A stretch of DNA of 64,000 nucleotides from Ramazzottius varieornatus (Eukaryota; Animalia; Tardigrada). The stretch spans positions 3,181,916-3,245,915 of the forward strand of contig BDGG01000005.1 of NCBI GenBank assembly GCA_001949185.1, written 5' to 3'. Numbering within the stretch: the first letter of the stretch is position 1; the number at the start of each line of letters is the position of its first letter. Below, piece by piece: positions 25,870-38,343 of this stretch. The notes beneath the pieces were generated by a model, which ran no database searches, was not told where the DNA came from, and saw nothing but the letters and a program-made list of their open reading frames with translations. The translations under genes and the position numbers were made by a program.

Positions 25870-26730
25870 TCACCCAGCCATTAGCTGGATCCAACTTCTC
25901 TGCTGTTGGATGTTAGGCTTCACATAGACAGCATATGCATCACTCTTCCATCTTCCCAAAACCCTGATTTGATCAATAGGAACACCACACTGCGATGCAG
26001 TTGTAGCCGCCCCCATTCGCAAACTATGCGAAGAATGACTCTTTCCTAACGACCTCTTTAAAAATTCGCTCAGTCGCTGTCTAGTTAGGCACATTCCGTC
26101 AGCAAAAGTGAAGACTGGTCGGGTCGGACTGGTATTACACAAAGCAGCATACTTGAGATATGCCCGAACCGTGCAACACGACCGCGTAGATTCCGGAATG
26201 ACAGCTGTATACGGCAGACTCTGTGAAGACTTCGAGGAGCGCAGAATGATGCTGAGCAAACCATCTTGACACTTGATATCACCAAACGTCAAAAATCGCT
26301 GTCCTTCTTCTTTATACCGAACCGTAAATTCAGATATTCGCATAAAACCAAAGAATGCAACAGCGCAAGCGCACCATAGCATTCGCTTATCGTGGTAAGA
26401 TAGAGCCGACTTCTAGAGGAATGTCTTTAGTTTCTTTAATTTTGTTATGGTTACGGGCAATCTCTCCGACTTCTTCGCTACCGCACATCTTTTCCAACCG
26501 GTCAGCATCATGTTCAATTGTTGATCAAATTCAACAGAGTCTTCGTACCCGTTCACTGTATTCATCGAAATACACACGTTTGCTGCAACCAAACTCAACC
26601 CGTCCTGATAAAGACTCGGGGCAAACCTCCGTATAGATTCTGCCGTAGATGGTAAGAATCGCTGACCAAATTTCAGGCAGAAAGACATGAACCGTCTAAC
26701 CCCGACTGCATATACTCTCAGACTGCCAGC
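25870..26730 (-). pseudogene. DIRS/Ngaro-type tyrosine recombinase, frameshifted and 5'-truncated
   Basis: N-terminal SLRVYAVGVRRFMSFC...; catalytic AFFGFMRISEF, LRSSKS, SHSLRMGAAT, LGRWKSDAYAVY; split across two ORFs. Confidence 0.85.
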
Positions 26731-27944
26731 GAAGATCAAAAGTGGAAAGAAGCCGCTGTTGTCGGACATGGAAGAAGAAATATACAGAAGATTCGACGAT
26801 GCACGGAAAAAAGGAAAGAGAGTTCAGGAGTGTGACATCCAACGAATCGCTCTACAGGTATCCAAAGAAAGGGGAATCAAAGACTTTAAAGCCACGAGGA
26901 GCTGGCTTTACAGGTACCAGGAACGACACAGCATAGTGCAGCGGTCTCCTACGCACGCAGGAAAGAAATTCAGCATGACCGAGGAAGACATTGTAAGCTT
27001 ATGTTTTGATACCAAGTGGTGAATATACCGTGACGTCAAGTATGAATAACAGCAGGCTGTTAACTGTCCTCATTTCTTTTCATCTTTAGCGTGACGTTAT
27101 GCGTCTACGAAATGCCTATTGTTATTTTTAGGAAAAAGAGGCTCAGTTTCCGGATATGGTCGAAGAAATCGTAACCCTGAACAATACCCCGCCCAGCAGA
27201 ATGATTAACTTCGACGAAACCTCTGGGAAGCTGCAGAATTCTCACAAGAAGACTCTGTCGCCGAAGGGAGTAAAAGATGTGACGGTGATCGATCCGAATG
27301 CACCGCAAGAAAATTTCACAGTGGGCCTGGCCATTTCCGCAGACGGATATAAATTTTCCGGCCGTGGTGATTTTCAAGGATAATAAGAAGACCGGCAAGC
27401 TATCCGAGAGCATTCTGGAAAAGCTGGATATTCCCGAAAATGTGGTGGTTTTCAGTACAAGTACGGCGTTTTCGTTTTTTCTGTCAAACAGCATTTCCGG
27501 TCGAAAACCAGTTCGACTACAATATTATGTTATTATGTAATCGCAGCTTCCGGTTGGTGGCTGTCGAGCTTGGATATCCAGTGGATTGAGTTTACGTTTG
27601 ACGAGAAGGAAAAAGGTAGTTACCTTTTTCGAGACCACGCACCCGCGCACCTGAGTCACGAGAGTCAAGCTTTGCTGGAGAAGAAGGGAACGGAGCAAAC
27701 TTTTATTCCTAAAGGGCTGACGGGCAAGTACCAGCCTCTTGATGTTGGAGTTAACTATCCGTTTAAGTGTTACCTAAATAAATCCTACCACGAGTGGAGG
27801 GACAAGTGCACGGAAATCACCAAGAAAGGGTACTTGAAGAAGCCATCACGCCAAGAGTTTCTCTACTTCGTATCTGAAGCATGGTCTAAAATCAAAACGT
27901 CCACTGTTGAAAAACCCTTTGGTCGCCGCCAGTATCTTGCCTGA
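26730..27944 (+). pseudogene. pogo-superfamily (DD35D) transposase, intron-containing, frameshifted and 5'-truncated
   Basis: HTH-CENPB FKATRSWLYRYQERH; NFDET, FTVGLAISADG, FRDHAPAH and QPLDVGVN with 35 residues between D2 and D3; frameshift near 27355; no TIRs found. Confidence 0.85.
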
Positions 27945-28229
27945 GCCACTCTACATGTCAGCTGACGAGAATTTTGAGGATCTCGACTGCATCTTTGAAT
28001 GTAGTTTCCCTTCTGTAGAAGACAACCAACCTGCCGCGCTGAATATTTCCAGCGGTAGCTGAGTGTATGGTGGATTGTTGATTCGATAGAATACGAAAAA
28101 CTGATGCCCGGCGGATGAAGTTTACGTATACGATCACGTGATTCGCCAAGTTCATGAAGCATTACAGTACACCTAAAATAAAGCACGACCGTTACGCTGC
28201 GAACGCAGCGATGGATGCCAGAAAACTCT

Positions 28230-28800
28230 GATGTAAGGCATGACCCACGTATTCATTGTTAGTCATGTTGAGCATGTATGCTGTTGTGTGCAAAAAAACG
28301 AAAGTTTACTATAAATTAGTTGAACAAAGTAGGCAGATGGAAAACTTACCATAATATCTCGCATAGAGTCTTCCCTGGTGGCAATGATAATGACTGACGT
28401 ATATGGAATGAGAAACGTATTACCCTTTGACCCATCATTGCGCAAGCACAATTTGGGATGTTACAGATATGAATGGCCTTACTTCTGCTGGACTTTCTTG
28501 CTCGCTTCAGCATACCCTTATACAGCTGAGTAGGGGCATTGTTTGAATCGAACAACTCGTAAAACAGACGGTACTTTGGCTTTGAGGTACCCTCGAAGAG
28601 TGGGACACACTAGGCCATTTAGAAATGTGCCTACACTCAACCACTTAGTTAGTCGATCACAAAAGAACGTGACTGTTGTCCACGCATAACGTTCCAAGAA
28701 CGGAACTAAAGCGATGGGCTGCCATGCCGCTGGACCAGTGGAGATGACCATTGTTGGATACCTCTTCGGGTCGCCGATACGTGGCGCTGCTCCCAGCCTA
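28230..28800 (-). pseudogene. Internal fragment of an NPR-like receptor gene, paralog of 38344-41160
   Basis: STGPAAWQPIALVPFLERYAWTTVTFFCDRLTK...LVCPTLRGYL and IIIATREDSMRDIM closely match the 40-kb gene; frameshift near 28560; neither terminus found. Confidence 0.75.
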
Positions 28801-31800
28801 CAAGACAGAAAACTGCATATTCCGAAACAACGGGTATGGCGAACGAGTGCGTACTACTGATCGTTTGTCCAGAATCAGCAGAAACAGCTGGAATACCAAC
28901 CTCAAAACCATCGAGTGCGTGGGAAAGTTTTGGGGAACGCTCGAATCCGGTATGCCTTTATATGCAGTAATGACCTGGAAAGCAGCAACTACAGTCGTGA
29001 CGACGGATGAGAAAAGCGGGACCAAAATTTTCAGACTCAGACGACAACGTATACGACTCCAGTCAGGGTATCCGTACCAGGATGAACACTGTCAGAGGTG
29101 TCCGTAAATAAAATTTCCTCCGCCCACAACCCATGGAAGATTACAGCGAGGAGGTNNNNNNNNNNNNNNNNNNNNNNNNNNNNNNNNNNNNNNNNNNNNN
29201 NNNNNTGGCACCTTTCAAACGCATCACTAATGCACTTACGACGCTTCTAGTTTCCAGCACAGTGCCGACAGAGGTCAACGTGAGTGCATTTGTGATGGGT
29301 TTGACTGCCTCGGGCATGAAGGTGTCAGAGTAGACCTCCTCGCTGTAAATCTTCCATGGGTTGTGGGCGGAGGAAATTTGCCCGGACATGAGATTATTTT
29401 CAGACACCTCTGAATGCTGTAAAACTTCATGAGTTTCCCCAAGTGACGTCACAGTAGACGTAGCGTTCAAGGGTACGATGACGCATACAGCATACGCTTA
29501 CTGTGACGTCACTTCGCGAAGTTCATGAAGCATTACATCATGTCTATGGTGTGTTGGCCATCTGGCTGTCATAGGTTGCAACCGGCATTCATCGACCAGC
29601 CGAACACACCGTTTGTAATAGGTGCCTCCGATGATTTGCTCGAAAAAATGTCCGGGTATCATTCCTAACACCCAAGTACTGACGCGGCCGTGAACCCTGA
29701 GTGCCATTTGATTAATTGAATTAAACTCGAGTTACTGTACCAGACCCTGACTGTACCGTACACGCATGATGGTTAATTATAGGACAGGCCTTCTCGCTAC
29801 CGCGGTACATACGGAAGCACGTACGTACGCAGCTGATTCACGATGGCTAAACCGATTCACGAATGGCTAATCCTGCATACACTATCTTTGGGGTAAACTG
29901 TTGGTCTGTACAAACTTCGAATAAAGTTTGATTCATCAAGTACAATGCGTAACGGTTATGGGTTCTCCCTTCGTACAAATGATATTAAAGCTGCATGGGC
30001 GCTCCGTTAAGTCAACTCGTTATCGCGTCTAGGTCCTCATCTCTAAAGAAGCGTCGCTCTCAAAGGTCATTGAAACCTCAATAAACCGAGATGTACAGAA
30101 TGGTGTTTGGTTGGGCATACAGCTCAGATCCCTGATTGATTTTGAAAGAGAAGAACAAATTCATATTCACTTGCAGTTTCGGATACAACAGAGCAGAGTT
30201 TTCCCTAGCTTTGTCACCACAACAGATATGTTTAGCGGGGGGTTCCAATAATCTGCGTCAGGCCGCCCCGAAATCTTGATGATCGTTCTGGTTGCTCGCT
30301 TGAAAATCTACACAGCCTATCGATCAATTTAATCCAAAGAAAACTTTGCAGCAAAGTGTGGTATAACCAGTTGTCTGAACGACGGATATTTCTTGTGACT
30401 AAAATTTCGTACCGCGATGGTTCTGCTGGTCGACCCGAAGAACCATGCTCCCGAGTTATTTTGCTTCTGTCCTAACCGACCTCTTTATCAGGTGCGGAAG
30501 TATGACTTGTTACTTCCCCGACGAAGGTTTTCAAAAAATTTTCCTGACTGCCAACCTCGGTATTTTCGATCGGGTTATCCACCCATCCTATCATGGTACT
30601 TCACTCATTTTTTCGGCAGCGAATGCATGCCTTTACTGTAGGATCATAGGGGAAGAGAAAAGATAAACTCCCCGCAGCTATTTTTCGCAGCCTCTCTGGA
30701 GGAAATTGTTTTATCACGTTGGGGGTGCTCTGATTTTTCGACGTGGTGATTATGCTTTAGTACCAGGTCTTCTCTTCCTGATGTGTGAAGGAGAGTTTTC
30801 AGTTCCGCCTCCTGCAGTTTTGCGGAAGTGTTTTGTTCAATGTGTACTATAAAGCCAACATGCAACATTGGTGCTTTGAGTCGACTGAACAATTTCGTTT
30901 AGTGAACGGCAACTTTCCTCATTATTCTTTTTCGTACCGTAGAGGTCTAGTCACTGGCTACCGTTATGCCGAGCAGAAAGATTTCACAGCAGTCTAGACT
31001 TTAGAATTGTAACCAGACAGTAGCAACAATTTTCCTTTGGTGTTGCTCACGATTCGAAATTTCCACACTGCTCCCGCTCTTTTGAAACATTCCGATTTTT
31101 GCTTCAGACCGTTCTACAGAGCCCACTTATCATGGCTGGCAACAATGTGATCTGAGATCGGTTCGCTCTCTTTCAGAACCGGGAGGGTAAATAAAGGCAA
31201 AACCTTGCGTTATCTGTAAGGTGCGCGAGGTAAACGAGGTATCCGATTCTCTAATTTTATTGCCTTCCCCTTTTATCCAAATGTCCAGCGAGGATTTACT
31301 GAGACACTTTGAAGTCTCGTAAGGGTTTTACAACAATCCGGGAAGAATCGGCTTCAACAAATTCCCCGAGCACCTTGTTGTTCACTTTCAGTTTCGGTCT
31401 TCCGTAGGAGTGAATTCCGAGCAGAAAATCTCCAAAGCGGAGGGTATGCTGCTTACCTGCTTTGTTCCAAAACATGGAGCATATCTTCTTGCCCGTGTAA
31501 GATGAGTTGACGCCTCGAAAAAATTCATAGTGTTCAATGACCCAAAATTTTGGTTCTCCGCGATTTAGACAAAACTATTCCTGCCTTTCTGCTGAGCTGA
31601 GGAACTCAGAACAGTAGAATGCCAAACGGTAGCCAGGAGTTGGCAAAGTGAGAGAAAAAAGACTTCAGGACAGAAGAACAAGGGGGAGAGTAACCATGAT
31701 TTTCCGAAGTTGACGTGTTCCCTGTGGTAACAGGTCATACTTCCGCACCTCTACTATAACCCGAAAGAAACTTTCGACGAGGTCGTGGACCGTCCGAGAA

Positions 31801-34544
31801 GGAATTTTTGAACAAAAATCGCAGCAACATACCCCCGCCACGCTCGGATGGGACCAGTTTATGTTTCTTCGAAAAAATATCAAACGTGCTTTGCCGGTCG
31901 AGGTATTTACATACCTGTGCTTTTAAGTAAACTATTCGAAACTCGCTTATAACATTGGCAACGAAGTTTAGTATTGATATATCGTTCAAGATCAGGCGAC
32001 GGTCATTTAAAACTAGAGCTAAATTAGCATTAAAATTTTCTGGATAATATTAGTTCTGACTGTCTTTAAGAGCCAGTTCATCATGATCTGCTGGGCAGGC
32101 AGAAGACATCAAAATGCCATAAAGGTCGGCTGAAACACCGATAACTGATCAAGCACAATTAGGGTACAAGTCGACGGAATTTCTGTTGACGCTCCTAGCA
32201 AGCTTAGCAAGTTGCATTTTCAGTAGGCAACATTAGCGAGTAATGAACCGCGTGAACATAATCTCTCGCCAAGCAAAACTCGGCCCGCGGCCTTCGCTCT
32301 CCTCATGTTATAACTGCTAGCACCCACATAGCCTGCTTGCCACATCCATATGTGCCATATGATTGTCGTAATGATTCAATTCCTCGTGCTTGCCGTCCAC
32401 GTCATAATTCCCTTCACAGTGATCTCGGATATTAATATCTGTCCTCAATTGTATGTTCAGTTTCCAGAAGCTTATCATCTGTCACAACTTTTTAGAGCAC
32501 CAAGTTTTTGGAAGTTTTAAATCATCAAGGTGTGTCTTGTGTGTCGGAATTCATTGAAGTGCAGAAAGTTCACCGATGGTGCTTTATAGCTTTGACATCC
32601 GATGTGTCTTCATGCTCGAAACCCTTATGATAATTTACATAAATGATTTCCCACAAACTGAACGATCAAAGGTTAGCTCGGAAAACCCACAGGAAACCCT
32701 GACGTTAAAAAGTTTCTGTTCAGTGCTCACATGCACGGCTTGCGTTTTGACTTCCTTCTGCTTCGGCCAATCTTCGTTAATTAAGCACGAGACAGAGCTG
32801 ATGGCCCTGTATGAGCGCTTTTCGAGAAGGTTAACCCTGCGTGAAAGAGGGAAGAAGGGTGGGGCGGGGGTCCTGGTTTCTCATCGTTCGTGACTAGAAT
32901 GTAGTGTGGTCCCGTTTTCTATGGAAGAGCTGTAGATTGCAGCTATGAACATGCTTGATTGAGGAGCTTTTACAAAAGATTATCCGGTCAAGACGCGTCC
33001 ACGGTATTAGCGCAAAAGAGCGACTCTCGAGTGACCTACGTGAAGGTGATGTATCAATCACGACACTCCACAGAAACTTGCAGCCCTCAAAGTTACAGAG
33101 CGAGCCGCTGGCGAGGATTTTTCTTGTACTGCAGTATATGAGCTCCATGATACGGCGAACAGATGAAACTCGCCCGTAACCCACGGTCCCACAATACGGA
33201 TTCACACCAAAACAACTTCATTACTAGCGACACTAAATAAATTACGCTAGGCTTGACAAGACGGCTGCAGAAGACGTGGTGTTCTCATGTCGTGTGAAGT
33301 GAATGTTTCACCGTTTCAGCACTACTACCGTTCACTGCACAAGAAGTGGAAAGTATCCGGGTTAAGGATGCAGGTGCGGCTCATGCACCTCTTACCAATG
33401 ACATCATGTCACAACTGTCCATCGGTCTATAGGGTATACAATGTCCCCATAGCTAATCACGTCCGGAGCGCATTTATTTCTAATACTCCGAAAATACACA
33501 CTCGAGCTGCTGGGAGAAACCTGCTCAGCTTGTATATACGGTTGACATAGCCTTATCCGATAAGGCAAGCGGACTTGGGTTCGGCGCGACAATCAGTTCG
33601 TTGATGGCGGTCGGAAAGAACGGGGTGTCCAGCCGGATGTAGCTTACTCGAGAGAAATCCACTGTTTGTAGTCGATTTTTTTTGCGAGTACCTAATCCTA
33701 CAAGGTAATCCGAAGCTCCCACCACTTCAAGGAGGGAGTCGAAAATCGAAAAACAAACTGATGGATTCGCATACCTGAACCACTTTTGCCAATGGGTTCA
33801 GAGAGATCCAAGAAAACTCAAGACTACTGGGCAAGTAGACTGTCTGTGAACAAAATTCCTGTTTTTGGAATTTTAAGCTTAGCTCTTTTGTAAACATGAA
33901 TAAATAATTGTAAGCATGAATAATAGCGTTCATACAGGGCAACGGATCGAACTTTTTCGAAGCTCTGTTTATATTTTGCAGGAGGAACTATAGCGGAAAT
34001 TTGACAAATGGCAGAGCTAAGTTTTCATTCAGAAAATCGTCTAGTGTCAGTCAGAGAACAAGGCCAAGTTGAAGGTGAGGAGATAAATTGGGATGGCTGA
34101 AGTATATCGTCTCTTGTTCCAGATAGAGTGTCGTCGCAGAAACATGCCACGTCGTTACCTTGGAATGCCAGCTGCCTTTGTGTCGTTCTCGAAAACCTCA
34201 TCGTAGCCATAAGAGTAATATGACGCGTTGAGTACACCTAGACAAATGTTACTCAGTGTCAGCCCGAACAGAACGAAACATGGTGTAAAACAAAGCAAGA
34301 CCTTCAATTTGTCCATGTCAAATCGTTGCAGAGCTGCTGTAGGTGATTGCACCAGCTGCAGCAAACATCTTGTGGATGGGTCGCCGAACCCTCCACGCGA
34401 AATGAGTTCATAGATTTAGTTAAAACTATACAACTTTGCTAACATCTAAGATATCGATGAAAAAGAAGGTAAGGTTTCAAAAAGGGGGAGGAGTCGCGGT
34501 CGAATAACATAATGGAATAAGTGTAGCTTGAAGTTCGGCAGATG

Positions 34545-35411
34545 CAGTTGCCCAAAAATTCATTCGCCACCTCCCTGTTCTGCTAAAACCTTTGTAGCTC
34601 CTCGTCCAGAAGACCGATTCCTTTACATCCTTCGATACCTTCGATATCTAGTGACGTCATGTTGGTCAGCAACAATCAAGAAATCAACTCAACGAAAAAT
34701 TTCGAGAAGAGGCCAAAATGTTCTCTCTTTTCAGACGCGATTGCCGATTTCAGGAACGGTTAATCGCCGATCAAAAACAGCTGAAAGATGTGGTAAACAT
34801 TCTAGCATCTGGTGACGTCGTCGGATCTTTCGGGAAACATCTGTGCATTTCTCCATGAAGTGCTAAGTAAAGGGTGTTTTCGACCGAATTTCCGGAATGT
34901 TGACGCGATATTCGACTGCTACCTGTTGTTTCTGCGCCAGATCTGTCCTCAAGACATGCTGATAGTTTGGCAAGTACTATTCAACAACCGAGAATCGGTT
35001 CTGACAATTCTATTGGAGAGAAGGGAGGTCCAAGCCAGCATCATCTAGTATTCGAGACGAAAGACGCCCTTTACTTAGCACTTCATGGAGAAATGCACAA
35101 GTGTTTCCCGAAAGATCCGATAACGTCACCAGATACTAGAATGTTTGCCACATATTTTAGCTGTTTTCGATCGGCGATTAACCGTTTCTAAAATCGGCAA
35201 TCGGGTCTGAAATGGGAGTTAGTTTTGGCCTCTTCTCATAATTTTTCGTTGAATTGATTTGTTTACTGTTGCTGACCAACATGACGTCACTTTAGAAACC
35301 AAGGACCTAGATATTGAAGGTATCTTGATGTAAGGGAATCGGTCTTCTGGACGAGGAGCTGCGAAGGTTTTAGCAGAACAGGGAGGTGGTGAATAAATTT
35401 TGGAGCAACTG
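34545..35411. mobile_element. ~870-bp non-autonomous foldback DNA transposon (CAGTTGC ends, pogo/Tc1-like)
   Basis: 34545-~34890 is an inverted, moderately diverged copy of ~35050-35411; flanks TG|...|TA (probable decayed TA TSD); non-coding centre. Confidence 0.85.
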
Positions 35412-35516
35412 TATATTACACAATATTCCTGGAAACGAAAACATACATCTGCGTAAGATAGTACCGACAGCGCAAACGACAAGTTTCATCTACAAGTTTT
35501 CTTGAGCCCGCTGTTT

Positions 35517-36971
35517 TCAGAAAGTCTGTTTTCTGTGTTCATTTGAATCATTCTGATAGCTCACGCGCCATATCTTGTTCGCTCCGTCATCGCTGATCAG
35601 CAGCGATCCGTCTGCTGCCGTCAGAACCCCCATCGGTCTTCCCCAGACCCTAATGGTATCGTTCGTCGTTTCAGTAAGCCATCCCGTCACAAAGTCCTCA
35701 AATTCGTTCTTGACGACTTTTCCGTTCTGGAACCTGACCCTCACCACATTGTATCCGATCGGACCAAACTTCGAGCCATGCAACGCCACGAAAGCATCTC
35801 CCTGGTAATCCGCAGGGAACATTTTTCCCGTGTAGAACTCGATACCCAGTGGCGCCGCGTGCGGATCTAAAAGAACATCCGGCACAAGGGTTCGTTGAAC
35901 GAGGTCCGGTCGATCTTGTGGCAACCCTGGATCTGGGTTCTTTCCAATGTACGAGTACGGATACCCGTAGAACTCACCCTGCTTGACGGATGTGACGTAG
36001 TCAGGAATGAACTTGTCGGCCAGTTCGTCGCGTTCGTTCACCGTAGTCCACAGTTCGCCGTCTGCTGGGTTGAACGCCATGGTGATGGGGTTTCGAAGGC
36101 CTGCAGCGTATATCGTTCGGTTGCTTCCGTCGGCATTGAAAACACAGATGGCGGCCCGTTGGGGCTCACTCTGGACTTTCTCATCTTCTTTCGATCCGAT
36201 AGCGACGTAGAAGCGCTTTCCGTCGGGCGAAAACTTGATATCGCGAGTGAAATGGGGTCCATCTGAACAACATCAATATCGTTAGAACTTCAGTTTCTAA
36301 GTCACTTTCGTGTCATCCAGATCTTCAGTTTCTGAGTGGACTGAAGATCCGATATGATGTGAACATGCTGGAGCTCAACTATCGAGCCAAAGTGACAGAA
36401 CGGTACGAGAATGTGTTCAAACTTGAGCGTGTTGATACCCACCATCTTTTGTTAGTTCGGCGATCGTTTCAGGTGCGCCACTTGCTTGGGTCTGTCCGTT
36501 CGTGTACGCAAAACGCACGACAGTTTGTACAGTGGCAACGTACAAGTAGCCGCTGTTAAACGCCAGACCGAAGGGAATCTTCAACCCAGTCGCGAACGTA
36601 AATCGAGCGTCAGCAACACCGTTACGATCAGCGTCGCGCAATGCGTAAACGATCCCCGCTCGACTGTCAGTGATGAATACATCTCCATTTGGTGCGAGAG
36701 TCATCTGGCGAGGTTGAACAAATGTATTGGGAGGATCTCCACTGGCGAAGACATTTACCTGAAATCCTTTAGGTACGGTCAGATTGGCATTGTCTGGTTG
36801 ATGTATGATGGTTATCTTATGCTCGACGAAAGCAGAGGTGATGGTCAGGTTGTTCGGATCTATGGTGTAGACTTTCGGGTGTTCCACGTTGACGATTGTT
36901 GGTAGTGGGTGGTGGAGCCATGATATATCAACAAAGCTGTGAGGTAGCAACATCAGCATGAGGGATGCCAT
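35517..36971 (-). CDS. Bacterial-type PQQ-dependent sugar/L-sorbosone dehydrogenase-like beta-propeller, 424 aa; exons 36971-36443 and 36262-35517
   Basis: VPKGFQVNVFASG, PRQMTLAPNGDVFITDS, GLKIPFGLAF, HFTRDIKFSPDG, GLRNP..MAFNP, WTTVNERD, FYGYPY, HAAPLGIEFY, FVALHGS, WGRPMGV, DGSLLISDDGA.KIWRVSY; a 180-bp GTGGGT...TTCAG phase-1 intron joins the two ORFs in frame (529+746=1275 nt). Confidence 0.88.
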
Positions 36972-38343
36972 TCAGAATACTGGATGGGACGGTGTACGGG
37001 AAACGTGTGGTGATCAAGCCACAGTGTCGCGGATATTACATTCCGCGGTACAGATAAAGACATGTACATGTACCCATTACCAGCCTAACAAAAGTGCGAA
37101 CGTTCCATGTGACATCGCCACGGAAGTTGGAGTACCTTGCAGTAGTTTCAGGTTCGAGTGAATTCATTACAAAATGCCGAGAGCCACGTAACTTGACAGA
37201 TTGTCGATCACCCTCAGGCGTGCGAAACGCAGGTGTGAATGTCTTGGCTCGTATAACTGAATGATAATATGGACAAAATATATTCGTAGCGAACCGGAAT
37301 GTCTTCACTCTGAGTTTGGCGATACCCGTCAGGAGACAGTTTGCTCAATTGGTAGCCTCTTAAGAGCGCCACAATCACCGCTTCTTTACCATGGTTGTAT
37401 GATCATTACAAATTGATTTCATTCTTTGGATCGTTTCTACAACCTTGCGGATAAATCAGTAGACTTGCTTCCGGATTTGATCACCAGGTGACTTCATCAT
37501 TCAAGAACGGTTCCTGGAAGTTTCACAGGGATTGCGTGTATCTCAAGAAAAACACACACAGTAATGTCCAAGCTACCCGGAAACTATCGGTCTGCGGTTT
37601 ATGCCACCACATTATCGCAGTCTACATTAGTTTCGTTAGTTCTAAACGTAAGTCTTTGAAAAGTTTTGCAGATGATATGTCACTCATAAATTTGGTGGCC
37701 TTGGGGGGGAAAAAAATTTCTTCTCAAATGTCAGACCGTGTTCAGGCTTGCGATAGTTCAGTTCAGACTGCAGCAGTCATTTTGGCGCAGCGTACACGCA
37801 AACGACAGCCCAGACAGCGTTCTATCAGATAAGCGTAAAAGAAATGAGATTAAACGAGATGGAGTTTCGCTACCGGAAGCCGACCACAGCTGATGGGTGT
37901 TTTCCGGGTAGTTTGTATCTCCATATGCATTTTCTGGTATGTTAGCAACCTCTACAAAACTTTTAGGGATCGTATTCGGATGCAGGAACCACCTAATAAT
38001 TAAATCCGGAGCAGGAGATCAAGCAAGGAAGTTAATGCTAATTTTACTATAGGATTTCAAAAACGACCCAAAGAATTAGCATCAACCTTCAAAATGTTAG
38101 CCTTCAAGCAGTTTTGTTCGTAACTATCTCATCGATAAATGCACCTGAGTTAAGAATTTGACCGACGGGCCGCATTGAAGTTTCTACATGCACATTAATA
38201 CTCACTGCACTACCCAATAACTGGCAATAAATCATGAGGCACATGAAAGAGCATTGGAACACCAGCCACGTCAACCGAAGTCGTAACGCGTAGGTATTCG
38301 CAAATTATGCCGGCTATGCCCAGAGCTTGGGCTAGTCTACATT

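Noticed and set aside
32900-34316. Possible secreted-protein gene starting MDKLKVLLCFTPCFVLFGLTLSNICLG (minus strand)
   Set aside because: Signal-peptide-like exon and a donor are present, but the downstream acceptors I tried hit stops quickly and no family motif was recognised.
35517-36971. Bacterial contamination or chimeric assembly
   Set aside because: The gene has a frame-restoring GT-AG intron, no operon neighbours, and no gap between it and flanking animal genes.
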